Shown: one piece after another, positions 9,904 through 20,815 of the stretch
How positions within the stretch are numbered: position 1 is the stretch's first letter
Layout of the letters: each line of letters opens with the position of its first letter
Source: Bacillota bacterium
Lineage (GTDB): Bacteria > Bacillota > Ch66 > Ch109
Direction of reading: 5' to 3'
NCBI GenBank assembly: GCA_050952625.1
Contig: JBMNLH010000001.1
Location: 288,001-352,000, forward strand
Length of the DNA: 64,000 bases
Notes under the pieces: model-generated
The model's database searches: none
Told to the model about the DNA's origin: nothing
What the model saw: the letters and a program-made list of their open reading frames with translations, nothing else
Position numbers and translations under genes: made by a program

Positions 9904-10662
9904 ATGAGCTCAAAAAAAGATTATAACTTGGAAGATAATTATTTACCGCCAGTTACACCGCGAAAAACCGGTCCGCCGATGCCGCTATGGTTTTGTGGGA
10001 GTTGGTTGTGGCGGGGGTTAATCTGTCTAATTTTATTGGTGGTTATCCTAAGTGCGCAGCAAGGTGTTTTACCTGGTTCGAAAGGAATTCGGGCGGTTGT
10101 CAATTATACCTTCACCACTAATTATGATCTTACTCCCTGGTTGCAAAAATTTGCCGGGATAGCGTTTTCAGGCGATTCATTATTACCGGTCCAAGTTGGG
10201 GTTCCCTGGATAGATCCCAAAATTTCCTCTAATCAACCAGAGAATCAGTCGGACCCTTCTTCAGCCCAGTCATCGTACCGCTTTATTTATCCCGTTGCTT
10301 CTGGACGAATAGTTAGTAAGTTTAATCCGCAAGGAACTGGTGGTGACCCGGCCTATTTTAGTGGAGGTATTACCATTGAGACCGATCCAAAACAGCCGGT
10401 GCGGGCCGGCTATCCTGGTCGGGTAGTTTCTGTTACCGGGGACCAAAAATTTGGCTATACGGTTCAGTTGGACCACGGACAAGGGGTAATTTCTCTTACG
10501 ACTGGTTGTGCTGAAGTAATGGTCAAGCCCGGTGACCAATTAACCGCCGGGCAGATTATCGGACAGATGAGTTCGAATGTCACGGAACAACCGCAGCTTT
10601 ATTTTGAGGTCAGGGTTCAGGGGCGACCCGTGGATCCTTTAAGCTTTATTTTGGCGGATTAA
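9904..10662 (+). CDS. Membrane-anchored M23/LytM-fold protein, SpoIVFA-like, probably non-catalytic
   Basis: TM helix plus M23 fold (V(K)PGDQLTAGQIIG, LYFEVR...PVDP) without the HxxxD/HxH zinc ligands; occupies the spoIVFA position after rodA. Confidence 0.7.
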   Translation: MSSKKDYNLEDNYLPPVTPRKTGPPMPLWFCGSWLWRGLICLILLVVILSAQQGVLPGSKGIRAVVNYTFTTNYDLTPWLQKFAGIAFSGDSLLPVQVGVPWIDPKISSNQPENQSDPSSAQSSYRFIYPVASGRIVSKFNPQGTGGDPAYFSGGITIETDPKQPVRAGYPGRVVSVTGDQKFGYTVQLDHGQGVISLTTGCAEVMVKPGDQLTAGQIIGQMSSNVTEQPQLYFEVRVQGRPVDPLSFILAD

Positions 10663-10684
10663 AGTATGTGACAGAGAAATAGTC

Positions 10685-11058
10685 TGCGCTTGTGTTATAA
10701 CTCGGTCAGCAGGCTAAACTGGGAACGAACCTCGTCGGCTTCGGGCCGGCCTCAAACTCGCCCTGCGGGCTCAGACAGGTGATGCCTGCTGATCCTCAGC
10801 CTCCTCCGTTCTCTGATGTAAGTCGCCAATCGCTGACCTCCGTTATAACACTGCGCGATGGATTTTTATATTACTTGCGCTTGTGTTATAACTCGGTCAG
10901 CAAGCTAAACTGGGAACGAACCTCGTCGGCTTCGGGCCGGCCTCAAACTCGCCCTGCGGGCTCAGACAGGTGATGCCTGCTGATCCTCAGCCTCCTCCGT
11001 TCTCTGATGTAAACCGCCAATCGCTGACCTTCGTTATAACACTGCGCGATGGATTTTT
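10685..11058. repeat. Two head-to-tail copies of a ~191-bp palindromic element (family A)
   Basis: Units begin at 10685 and 10876 and differ at only a few positions; each has terminal arms GTGTTATAAC...GTTATAACAC. Confidence 0.95.
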
Positions 11059-11155
11059 CATGGTCCGATGTCTGATAGTGCTATCAGGCGCATCGAGTTC
11101 TACTTTCTAGTACCGGGGGATAAAAGCTGCGGATAGCTAAACAATGCACCTATTG

Positions 11156-11191
11156 AAACTGGGTTCTTGTGAGAGGATCCGGTTTTTTTTT
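11156..11191 (+). terminator. Intrinsic terminator
   Basis: aaactgggttct/aggatccggttt stem followed by a T run. Confidence 0.7.
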
Positions 11192-11303
11192 AACACGATT
11201 TCTCCTGCTTAAAGGGTCGACCATTATGATTTTTTGCGTTGGTTTACAATCTGTGGTATATTTTATTCAAGTTTTTATAGATATCGCGAGGAGGCCTAAA
11301 TTA

Positions 11304-13232
11304 TTGAAAATTCCCTTGCCGGTTTTAGATAGGATTTTGCCGCGGGTGAAACGCCCCGGTCGCTATGTGGGCGGTGAATTAAACGCCGTTTATAAAGATT
11401 GGAACCAAGTCAAGGTCCGGATGGCTTTTGCCTTCCCGGATGTGTATGAGGTGGGAATGTCTCACCTAGGTTTGCGGATTCTTTATGGTTTAGTTAATCA
11501 ACGCGAAGATTGGCTAATGGAAAGAGTCTTCGCCCCTTGGCCGGATATGGAGCAAGAACTGCGCGAGCACGGATTGCCCCTTTTTTCTCTGGAATCCCGT
11601 CGGGCACTGGTAGACTTTGAGGTGGTTGGCTTTACCTTGCAGTATGAAATGAGTTATACCAACCTGCTGAATATTCTAGATTTAGGGCAAATCCCCCTTC
11701 GAAGTCGGCACCGGACCGCAGAGCATCCGCTGGTTATTGCCGGAGGTCCAGGAGCCCTTAATCCGGAACCGCTGGCTGATTTTATTGATGCCTTTGTGCT
11801 GGGCGAAGGCGAGCAAGTATTACTGGAGATTCTAGAAATCGTTGAACGTTACCGTCAGGGATTAAGTAAAGAAAGCGGGCCTAAATATAAGGACCGGCTG
11901 GCCTTGCTGCGTGAGCTAGCCCGGGTACCGGGAGTTTATGTGCCTTCATTATACGAAGTTGCTTATCGCGAAGATGGAACGATTATCCGGATTGGGCCGC
12001 GGGAAGCCGGGATCCCGCGACAGGTGCAGCGTCGGGCCATTGCTGATTTGGATCAGGCTTATTTTCCGACCGCGCCCATTGTCCCCAACATTGAAGTGGT
12101 CCATGACCGAATCATGCTAGAGGTGTTTCGGGGTTGCCAGCGAGGGTGCCGGTTTTGCCAGGCGGGAATGATCTACCGACCAACGCGAGAAAGGTCGGTC
12201 TCTACGCTGGTGCAGCAAACAGAGGAATTAGTCAGGAACACCGGTTATGATGAAATTTCCCTAACCTCGCTTAGCACTGGTGACTACGGGGAAATACAAG
12301 AACTGGTCCGCCGTCTGCTGCAAAAGTATCAGGACCAGGGGGTCGCTGTTTCTTTACCGTCTTTGCGGATTGATTCATTTTCGGTGGGTCTGGCTAAAGA
12401 GGTGCAAAAGGGTCGTAAAACTGGGTTGACCTTTGCCCCAGAGGCCGGAACCCAGAGGTTGCGGGATGTAATCAATAAAGGAGTGACCGAGGACGACCTT
12501 TTTGCCGCAGCCGGGGCGGCGTTTGAAGAGGGCTGGTCATCTTTAAAACTTTACTTTATGATTGGATTACCGACAGAAGAAATGACAGACCTGGATGGGA
12601 TCGTTGCCCTGGCTCGGCGAGTTGCTGATCTGGGTACTGCCGCTGCCCGGCGGGGACGGTTTAAGAAGCGGGTCCAGGTGACGGTTAGCGTTTCTAATTT
12701 TGTGCCCAAGGCGCACACTCCCTTTCAGTGGGAAGGTCAGCATCCGATTGAGGAGTTAAAAGCAAAACAGGAGTACCTGCGGCAAAGACTACGGGACAAA
12801 CGGATAAGTTATAACTGGCATGAGGCGGAGCTGAGTTTCTGGGAGGCAGTCATTGCCAGAGGAGACCGGCGGTTGGGACCGGCTTTGGAAAAAGCCTGGC
12901 AGAAGGGCTGTCGTTTCGATGGCTGGAGCGAATACTTCCAGCCAGAAAAGTGGCGAGAGGCCTTGGCGGAAACGGGGCTTAATCCGGAGTTTTACGCTAA
13001 CCGCCAAATACCGCTTACGGATACCCTGCCCTGGGATCACTTGAGTTCTGGGGTAACGCGGGATTTTCTGGTTGATGAATATCAGGCAGCGAAGAGTGGG
13101 ATCACCACCGAGGATTGTCGACTGGCGGGTTGTACGACCTGCGGGGTCTGCGCGGCCTTGGGGGTTGACTTGAATTTAACCAGTTTGGAAAGGGACGGGT
13201 CTGGAAATGTATCGGTATCGGATAGAATATAG
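11304..13232 (+). CDS. TIGR03960-type B12-binding radical SAM protein
   Basis: RGCQRGCRFCQAG CxxxCxxC motif, PGRYVGGELN, APEAGTQRLR, C-terminal CxxxxCxxCGVC; TTG start after GAGGAGG. Confidence 0.9.
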   Translation: MKIPLPVLDRILPRVKRPGRYVGGELNAVYKDWNQVKVRMAFAFPDVYEVGMSHLGLRILYGLVNQREDWLMERVFAPWPDMEQELREHGLPLFSLESRRALVDFEVVGFTLQYEMSYTNLLNILDLGQIPLRSRHRTAEHPLVIAGGPGALNPEPLADFIDAFVLGEGEQVLLEILEIVERYRQGLSKESGPKYKDRLALLRELARVPGVYVPSLYEVAYREDGTIIRIGPREAGIPRQVQRRAIADLDQAYFPTAPIVPNIEVVHDRIMLEVFRGCQRGCRFCQAGMIYRPTRERSVSTLVQQTEELVRNTGYDEISLTSLSTGDYGEIQELVRRLLQKYQDQGVAVSLPSLRIDSFSVGLAKEVQKGRKTGLTFAPEAGTQRLRDVINKGVTEDDLFAAAGAAFEEGWSSLKLYFMIGLPTEEMTDLDGIVALARRVADLGTAAARRGRFKKRVQVTVSVSNFVPKAHTPFQWEGQHPIEELKAKQEYLRQRLRDKRISYNWHEAELSFWEAVIARGDRRLGPALEKAWQKGCRFDGWSEYFQPEKWREALAETGLNPEFYANRQIPLTDTLPWDHLSSGVTRDFLVDEYQAAKSGITTEDCRLAGCTTCGVCAALGVDLNLTSLERDGSGNVSVSDRI

Positions 13233-13920
13233 TAAACAGGGACCAATGGCCTATATTTCCCATCTGGATTTAACCCGGACCTTTGAACGGGCCGCCAGAC
13301 GGGCGGGATTGCCAGTTGCCCTTTCCCAGGGTTACCATCCTCACTATAAGTTTTCTTTTGGTTCGGTTTTGCCGGTTGGAATGGAGGGAGAAAGGGAATA
13401 CCTGGATATGGAACTAAATGGTCAGTCTGCGCCGGCCGAGATAGGCCAGACCTTACAGCAGCAGATGCCGCTTGGTTTAAAGATTCGCCAGGTTCGAATG
13501 GTACCACTAGAAGCACCATCCTTAATGGCCTTAATTGATATCGCTCGCTACGCGATAACGGCTCAGCTTTGTCCGGTTGCGGGAATTCTATCTTCGGCTG
13601 AATTTACCCAAAGCCTGGCTCAGGCCCTGGCCCGGGAATCCTGGCCAATCGTTCGTTCCAGTGTTAAGGGGACCCGCGAGATCGAAGCCCGAGACTCGGT
13701 GATTCAATTAGATTTGACCTGGCAAAACCAGTTGGTGCAGGGCGATATCTGGTTAAGACTCAACGCATCCAAGGCAATCCGGCCGATTGAAGTGATGGAA
13801 TCTCTGGAGTGCTATGGCGGACTAATTTGGGATAAAAATAATCTGCGAATTCGGCGGACCGGCCTATTTGTCAGCCGGGAAGGTCGATATCTATCGCCAA
13901 TGGACGTAATTACCCGGTAA
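13207..13920 (+). CDS. TIGR03936-type radical SAM-associated protein (DUF2344)
   Basis: YSKQG...YISHLDLTRTFERA...SQGYHPH motif; overlaps the 3' end of the radical SAM gene. Confidence 0.88.
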   Translation: MYRYRIEYSKQGPMAYISHLDLTRTFERAARRAGLPVALSQGYHPHYKFSFGSVLPVGMEGEREYLDMELNGQSAPAEIGQTLQQQMPLGLKIRQVRMVPLEAPSLMALIDIARYAITAQLCPVAGILSSAEFTQSLAQALARESWPIVRSSVKGTREIEARDSVIQLDLTWQNQLVQGDIWLRLNASKAIRPIEVMESLECYGGLIWDKNNLRIRRTGLFVSREGRYLSPMDVITR

Positions 13921-13930
13921 TAGCTGCCGG

Positions 13931-13998
13931 GATCACTTGTTCAGCTTCGTTGTAGTTCAAGGCTTCAGCTGGCGACGCTGCTTTACCTGAAGTTTTAC
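13931..13998. repeat. Dispersed intergenic repeat family C (CTTCAG...CTGAAG hairpin)
   Basis: Reverse-complement match to 49200-49270; related copy at 31370-31470. Confidence 0.7.
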
Positions 13999-14081
13999 CA
14001 AGATGAACTCCATTTATAGTAGTGGGAGTCTGATAATTACGATAACAGCCGTTAGTTACTGTAGGCGAGGAGGTGAGATTT

Positions 14082-15798
14082 ATGGTTAAGGATATCTTAG
14101 TTCAGGCATCCGGAGGAGAAACACAGGTTGCCGTATTGGAAAACCGCCAGCTAGTCGAGATCTATCTAGAAAGGGACACGGAACAACGCTTGGTTGGCAA
14201 CATTTATAAGGGTCGGATCGAAAACGTGCTGCCCGGGATGCAGGCTGCTTTTGTCAATATCGGGTTAGATAAAAATGCCTTTCTTTATGTTGAGGATGTT
14301 ACCGGGGCCAGGACCTTAAAAGAAGTCCAGGAGGGACAAGAACCAAATGCAAATATCCCCCACCCCCATCATACTTCGATCGATGAATTAGTTAAAGAGG
14401 GACAGGAAATTCTCGTCCAGGTGGTTAAGGAACCGATAGGTACCAAAGGGGCCCCGGGTCACGACCCACATTACTTTACCCGGACGACATCTGGTCCTGA
14501 TGCCGACCATGGATTATATTGGGATTTCCCGACGGATTGATCATGAACGGGAAAGAGAGAGACTGCGGAACCTGGCGGAGACTGTCAAGGCTCCCGGGAT
14601 GGGTTTAATTGTTCGGACCGTCGCTGAGGGGGTAGGTGAGGACCCTCTCCAGCATGAAGCTAGAGCCCTGGCCAGATTATGGGAAAAAATTTTGTTTCGG
14701 AGTAGGTTTGCTAGTGCCCCCTCGTTAATTCACCGTGATTTAGAACTTGTGCAGCGGATTATGCGGGATCTGTTTACCGAAGAGGTTAACCGGATGATTG
14801 TTAATTCCCGGTGGGTTTACGACAAAATTTTGGACGTGCTGGAACTAGATGAGCGGCAGGTAAGGCTGAGGCAGCGGATTAGTTATGAGCCAGTTGATTT
14901 ATTTGAAAGATTCAGCGTTGAATTGGAAATAGAAAAGGCCTTGAAACGGAAGGTTTGGTTAAAATCGGGCGGATACTTAGTTATTGATCAGATGGAAGCC
15001 CTTACAGCCGTTGATGTGAATACTGGCAAATACGTTGGCAGTATTAACCTGGCTGATACAGTATTAAAAACTAATTTGGAAGCGGCCAGTGAAATTGCCC
15101 GTCAGCTTCGCTTGCGAAATATCGGTGGCATTATTATTATTGATTTTATTGATATGGAGAGTATCCAAGATCAATCCCGAGTGCTGTCCGTGTTAGAGGA
15201 AGAGCTGAAAAAGGATAAAACACGGGCCAAGATTTTAGGCTTAACTCAGCTAGGGCTGGTGGAAATGACCCGGAAGAAGGTACAGCAGGGTCTGGACAGT
15301 TTGCTCCAGCGGTCCTGTCCTTATTGTGAAGGTAAAGGAAAGGTTCTCTCAGAAGAGACGGTTAGTCTTCGGGCCCAAAAACGTCTAATGTCCCTAGCGA
15401 CCAAAAGTGATGCCCCAGCTTTTCTGCTTGAAGCGCATCCAAGCGTCGCTTCCATGCTCATTGGGGCTAGCGGCAACCATTTGCGGCAGATGGAGGAAGC
15501 GGTCAACAAGCAGCTAATCATCAAGGGTCGAGACGACTTGCATTTAGAACATGTTCAAATCAAGAGTCTTTACGGGCGTCAGGAAATTGAGGAGCTAGCC
15601 GTGCCGGTTAAGGTCGGTCAGATTTTAGAGGTCCGGATTGAGGAGGCCCATATCGTTAACGGATATGATGGAATTGCCCGGCTCAATGGTTACGTTTTAG
15701 ATGTGGAGGGGGCCGGCGGTCACGTTGGCGAGGTCGTTCGAATAGAAGTAACCCGGGTCTTTAGGACCTATGCCCGGGCCCGGTTGCTGGAGCATTAG
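14082..15798 (+). CDS. rng: Rne/Rng family ribonuclease, interrupted by a +1 frameshift at ~14452-14455
   Basis: GNIYKGRI...PGMQAAFV in ORF1; DVNTGKY and RLRNIGGIIIIDFIDM in ORF2. Deleting one C of GCCCCGG restores KGARVTTHITLPGRHLVLMP. Confidence 0.88.
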
Positions 15799-15972
15799 TG
15801 ACGTTCGTGTTTTAAAGCGGTAAGCCGGCTAGACCGGGAACGAACCTCGTCGGCTTCGGGCAGGGCAGCAAACTCGCCCTGCGGACTCAAGCAGTGATGA
15901 CTGCTGATCCTCAGCCGCTTTTGTTCTCTGATGTAAACCTCTAATCGCTGACTTCCGTTATCACAAAAGCGG
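15799..15972. repeat. Diverged single copy of family A element
   Basis: Shares gggaacgaacctcgtcggcttcggg...aaactcgccctgcgg...ctgctgatcctcagcc...gttctctgatgtaaacc with 10685-11058. Confidence 0.9.
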
Positions 15973-16074
15973 CATAGTGTAAAATTGTTGTAGGAAAAAA
16001 GAAACAAGAGACTACTCTTTTTGGTAAAATAAAGTCAACCTAAAACCAAAATTACCGAAGGAGTGTTCTCGTGG

Positions 16075-16103
16075 TTGACAGAATAGCCGTTCTGTGTTAA
16101 AGT
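16075..16103 (+). promoter_or_regulatory. Sigma-A promoter of rplU operon
   Basis: TTGACA(16075-16080)-17-TAAAGT(16098-16103) with an extended -10 TG. Confidence 0.7.
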
Positions 16104-16113
16104 TAATGTCTGC

Positions 16114-16195
16114 AGGTAGGAAATGTCCTACCCCAACCGCCCGATTCGGGTTGCAAAAGCCGTAAGGCTTACCTAGGAATCGGCGAGTCTAGGGC
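16114..16195 (+). ncRNA. Probable L21 leader RNA (cis-regulatory)
   Basis: Structured 5' UTR of rplU with hairpins and the GGCGAGUC motif just before the SD, as in Firmicute L21 leaders. Confidence 0.55.
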
Positions 16196-16208
16196 AGGGA
16201 GGTGCAAA

Positions 16209-16520
16209 ATGTACGCGATTATTGAAACTGGTGGTAAGCAGTATCGGGTTCAGGAAGGTGATGTCCTGAAAGTCGAGAAGCTGGATGTGGTTGAGGGAGA
16301 AACCGTTAACCTGGATAAGGTGCTAGCCCTCAAAAAAGGCGAAGAGCTGATTATGGGTTCTCCGTTGGTGGAGGGAGCTCGAGTGGTCGCTCAAGTGTTG
16401 GAGCATGGCCGAGGCAAGAAGATTATCGTCTTCAAGTACAAGCCTAAGAAAAACTACCGCCGGAAACAGGGGCATCGACAACCTTATACTCAGTTGCGGA
16501 TCGAAAAGATCGAGGGCTAG
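16209..16520 (+). CDS. rplU: 50S ribosomal protein L21
   Basis: [14 protein letters not shown]...GHRQPYT. Confidence 0.98.
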   Translation: MYAIIETGGKQYRVQEGDVLKVEKLDVVEGETVNLDKVLALKKGEELIMGSPLVEGARVVAQVLEHGRGKKIIVFKYKPKKNYRRKQGHRQPYTQLRIEKIEG

Positions 16521-16529
16521 ATATCGTCT

Positions 16530-16868
16530 ATGGTTAAGGTTAAGATATCGACTACCTCTAATGGGGAAATTGTCAGCTTTGAGGTCAAGGGACACGCGAA
16601 TTACGCTGAACACGGGCAGGATATTGTCTGTGCCGGGGTTTCTGCAGTTGTCCAGACCGCCATTCTAGGTTTGGAGCATTTCCTGGATGGTGCTCCCGCA
16701 GTTATTATTCGAGAAGGTTATTTAAAATGTTCTTTACCCGGGGCCTTAACCCTCGAAGAAAGTGCCCGGGCTGCCGTGGTTCTGAAAACAATGGCTCTGG
16801 GAATTGAGATGACTGCCCGGAGTTATCCCAAAAACCTGCAACTGGTCTGGCAGATAGTTGCAGATTAA
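16530..16868 (+). CDS. prp: Ribosomal-processing cysteine protease Prp (YsxB)
   Basis: GHANY...GQDIVCAGVS motif; lies between rplU and rpmA. Confidence 0.92.
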   Translation: MVKVKISTTSNGEIVSFEVKGHANYAEHGQDIVCAGVSAVVQTAILGLEHFLDGAPAVIIREGYLKCSLPGALTLEESARAAVVLKTMALGIEMTARSYPKNLQLVWQIVAD

Positions 16869-16970
16869 TTTGGTTCTTAAGCTTGGCCTTATCATTTTGT
16901 TTCGCCAGATATACAAGATATAAATGTAATGTAAATGTAGGATTATACTTTATTCAAGGAGGTGTGATCC

Positions 16971-17270
16971 GTGATCCTGCAAAAAATTGAGCTTCAGTTG
17001 TTTGCCCATAAAAAGGGAGTTGGTAGTTCTCGCAATGGTCGAGACAGTAACCCCAAAATGCTCGGGGTGAAGCGGTCCGATGGCCAATTTGTTACGGCTG
17101 GTAATATCATTGTTCGGCAACGAGGTACCCGAATTCATCCGGGCAACAATGTCGCTATCGGCAGAGATGATACCCTTTATGCTCTAACCGATGGCATCGT
17201 TCGGTTTGAACGGAAGAGCCGTGATAAAAAGAAGGTTAGTGTCTATAATGAATCGGCTCTGGTAATGTAA
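16971..17270 (+). CDS. rpmA: 50S ribosomal protein L27 with Prp-cleaved N-terminal extension
   Basis: LQLF|[15 protein letters not shown]. Confidence 0.98.
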   Translation: MILQKIELQLFAHKKGVGSSRNGRDSNPKMLGVKRSDGQFVTAGNIIVRQRGTRIHPGNNVAIGRDDTLYALTDGIVRFERKSRDKKKVSVYNESALVM

Positions 17271-17316
17271 CGTTAACAATAACGTTTAACTTTCGTTATA
17301 AACAACCCGATATTGC

Positions 17317-17346
17317 ACCCCCCTGGAGTCGCCAGGGGGGTTCGTT
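17317..17346 (+). terminator. Probable terminator after rpmA
   Basis: acccccctgg/ccaggggggt hairpin followed by T-rich sequence. Confidence 0.6.
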
Positions 17347-17417
17347 GTATCCTAATTATACCAAAAACATGGTCGCACGGTTTATAATGAAGGTTAGCGA
17401 TTGGCGAGCTGTATCTT

Positions 17418-17454
17418 ATTAGTTTATGTCATTAGTTTATGTTATTAGTTTATG
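17418..17454. repeat. 13-bp tandem repeat x3 (ATTAGTTTATGTY)
   Basis: Units at 17418, 17431 and 17444. Confidence 0.8.
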
Positions 17455-17520
17455 CCGGTTGAGCCTGCCAACGAGTAAAAACTGCATCGCTAATTATCAG
17501 AGTATAAAGGTGGGATAATA

Positions 17521-18108
17521 ATGGAGAATGGCCCGGAAACCGTTGAATGTGTTCCTATTTCTGAACTAATCTATCTTATGCGAACACAGCGTCATGACTT
17601 TATTAATCATTTACAGGTAATAATGGGTTACTTGCAATTGAATAAGGTAGATATGGCGATAAAATATATCAAGCATACCAGTGGAGAACTGCAGGAAGCC
17701 GGTCGATTAATGCAGACAGCTTGGCCTGAATTACCGGTTATCTTGATGTTAAAGAACAGACGGGTCAAGGAAGAGCTGGGCGAAGTCAAAGTTGCTTTAC
17801 ATAATGTGGATAAAATTGACAAAAAGCCACCGATAGAATTGACCGAAGTTATTGGGGAAATTTACGAGATAATCTGCCGGCAAATGGCCAACTGTCCGCT
17901 TGAAGGACAACAGCTATCAGTGGATATTGACGAAACAAACGGGACTTATGTGCTGCATTTTACCTGGCCTCAAGGCGAGAAAGTCTTTGATAAGATCGGG
18001 TTTCTAACTGATCCAGTCGTGGAAGAGGCCCGTAAGAGTTTCCCAAAGGTTGAGTTGTTTGAGCAGGGAGAAGAGTTGAGGCTGTCGATGTATTTGCCAG
18101 TTAAGTAA
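17521..18108 (+). CDS. spo0B: Spo0B-like sporulation phosphotransferase
   Basis: RTQRHDFINHLQVIMGYLQL helix with the phospho-accepting His; conserved position between rpmA and obg. Confidence 0.8.
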   Translation: MENGPETVECVPISELIYLMRTQRHDFINHLQVIMGYLQLNKVDMAIKYIKHTSGELQEAGRLMQTAWPELPVILMLKNRRVKEELGEVKVALHNVDKIDKKPPIELTEVIGEIYEIICRQMANCPLEGQQLSVDIDETNGTYVLHFTWPQGEKVFDKIGFLTDPVVEEARKSFPKVELFEQGEELRLSMYLPVK

Positions 18109-18120
18109 TGTCCGGATTAT

Positions 18121-18165
18121 ATTTTTATAGGTGCTTGTGTCCTTGGGGGCATGGGTGGTTAATAG
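18121..18165. repeat. Half copy of intergenic repeat family B
   Basis: ttgtgtccttgggggcatgggtggttaatag nearly identical to 30557-30586. Confidence 0.75.
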
Positions 18166-18180
18166 CAAATTCAGATATAG

Positions 18181-19473
<1,293 letters not shown>

Positions 19474-19681
19474 GATATTAAGGGCAAGGGACCATTTCTG
19501 GCATAATCAGAAAGTATAAGTGGACTTTCTGATTATCAGTAAGGGCAACTAGGGCTTCCGCCGGTGCCTAAGGCTTGGCGCAAGCCAAGTTTTCTTTATC
19601 CTGGCGAGGTAGAAACAATTCCATCTAACGTCGAACTAACGTCGAACGTTAACCTCTAATATCTAGATGAGGGTGGTTTTG

Positions 19682-20815
19682 GTGAATCGGGAACAGTTTA
19701 AAGCAGTAATTAGTGGTGCTAAACGAGTCGTAATTAAGGTCGGAACCAGTTCGCTGACTTATCCCACCGGCAAACTTAATCTTTCCCGACTGGAGAAGCT
19801 GGCACGGGAGATATCAGATATCCGTAATCAGGGTCGAGAAGTGATCCTGGTCTCATCTGGAGCGGTGGGGGCCGGTTTAGGCAAACTAGGTTTCAGTCGA
19901 CGGCCAAAAACAATTCCAGAGAAGCAGGCGGCTGCCGCAGTTGGCCAGGGCATTCTGATGCATATCTATGAAAAACTTTTTTCTGAGTACAGCCAGGTGG
20001 TCGCCCAGGTGCTGCTCACTCGGTTTGACCTGATGGATCGGCGGTGTTATCTTAACGCGCGAAATGCGCTGAGCACTTTACTTAGTTTTGGGGTTATTCC
20101 CATCGTGAACGAGAATGATACGATTACTGTAGAAGGGTTGCAATTTGGGGATAATGATACTCTTTCAGCACTGGTCGCCGGCTTAGTAGATGCGGACCTG
20201 TTGATTATTCTTTCAGATATTGACGGTGTGTATACAGCAGACCCACGGGAAGACAGTCAGGCGGTCCTGCTGCCGGTGATTGAGGAGGTCAGTGAAGAGA
20301 TTGAGCGATTAGCCGGTGGAACTGGTTCGGAAATGGCTTCCGGAGGAATGGTGACCAAGATACAGGCCGCCCGAATGGCGGGCAGTTCTGGAATGTATCT
20401 GGTTATCGCTAACAGTCAGGAAGACCAGGTCATTCGACGGATCCTCGCCGGTGAGTCTCTAGGAACATTATTTGTGCCTCGCGAACATAAATTGGATGCG
20501 CGTCAGCGTTGGATTGCTTTTGGTTCTACCCTGCGGGGGAGCGTGTTTTTGGATGCCGGGGCGGTTGAGGCTTTGCAGCTGAGAGGTAAAAGCTTATTAC
20601 CAAGCGGCATTAGCCGCGTCGAAGGAGTTTTTGAAGCCGGCCAGGTGATCAGTATTAAGTCAGCTGAAGGATTGGAAATAGCCCGCGGCATTGTTAATTA
20701 TTCTTCCGGGGCGATTGAGCGGATTAAAGGCCGAAAAACCGCAGAGATTGAGAAAGTCCTGGGTTATAAGGAGTTTGATGAGGTCGTTCACCGAAACAAC
20801 TTGATCTTGGTTTAA
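19682..20815 (+). CDS. proB: Glutamate 5-kinase
   Basis: VIKVGTSSL, NENDT, FGDNDTL and SGGMVTK motifs plus a PUA domain; start could be 19667 or 19682. Confidence 0.95.
   Translation: MNREQFKAVISGAKRVVIKVGTSSLTYPTGKLNLSRLEKLAREISDIRNQGREVILVSSGAVGAGLGKLGFSRRPKTIPEKQAAAAVGQGILMHIYEKLFSEYSQVVAQVLLTRFDLMDRRCYLNARNALSTLLSFGVIPIVNENDTITVEGLQFGDNDTLSALVAGLVDADLLIILSDIDGVYTADPREDSQAVLLPVIEEVSEEIERLAGGTGSEMASGGMVTKIQAARMAGSSGMYLVIANSQEDQVIRRILAGESLGTLFVPREHKLDARQRWIAFGSTLRGSVFLDAGAVEALQLRGKSLLPSGISRVEGVFEAGQVISIKSAEGLEIARGIVNYSSGAIERIKGRKTAEIEKVLGYKEFDEVVHRNNLILV

Noticed and set aside
10811-10840. CTGATG in the family A unit as a hammerhead ribozyme core
   Set aside because: Reads CUGAUGUA rather than CUGANGA, and there is no correctly placed GAAA.
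10779-10973. 64-aa ORF across the repeat junction
   Set aside because: Lies wholly in the repeat, has no convincing SD, and the frame is not preserved in other copies.
10685-11058. Tandem repeats as a CRISPR array
   Set aside because: Units are ~191 bp and nearly identical throughout, with no unique spacers and no cas genes.
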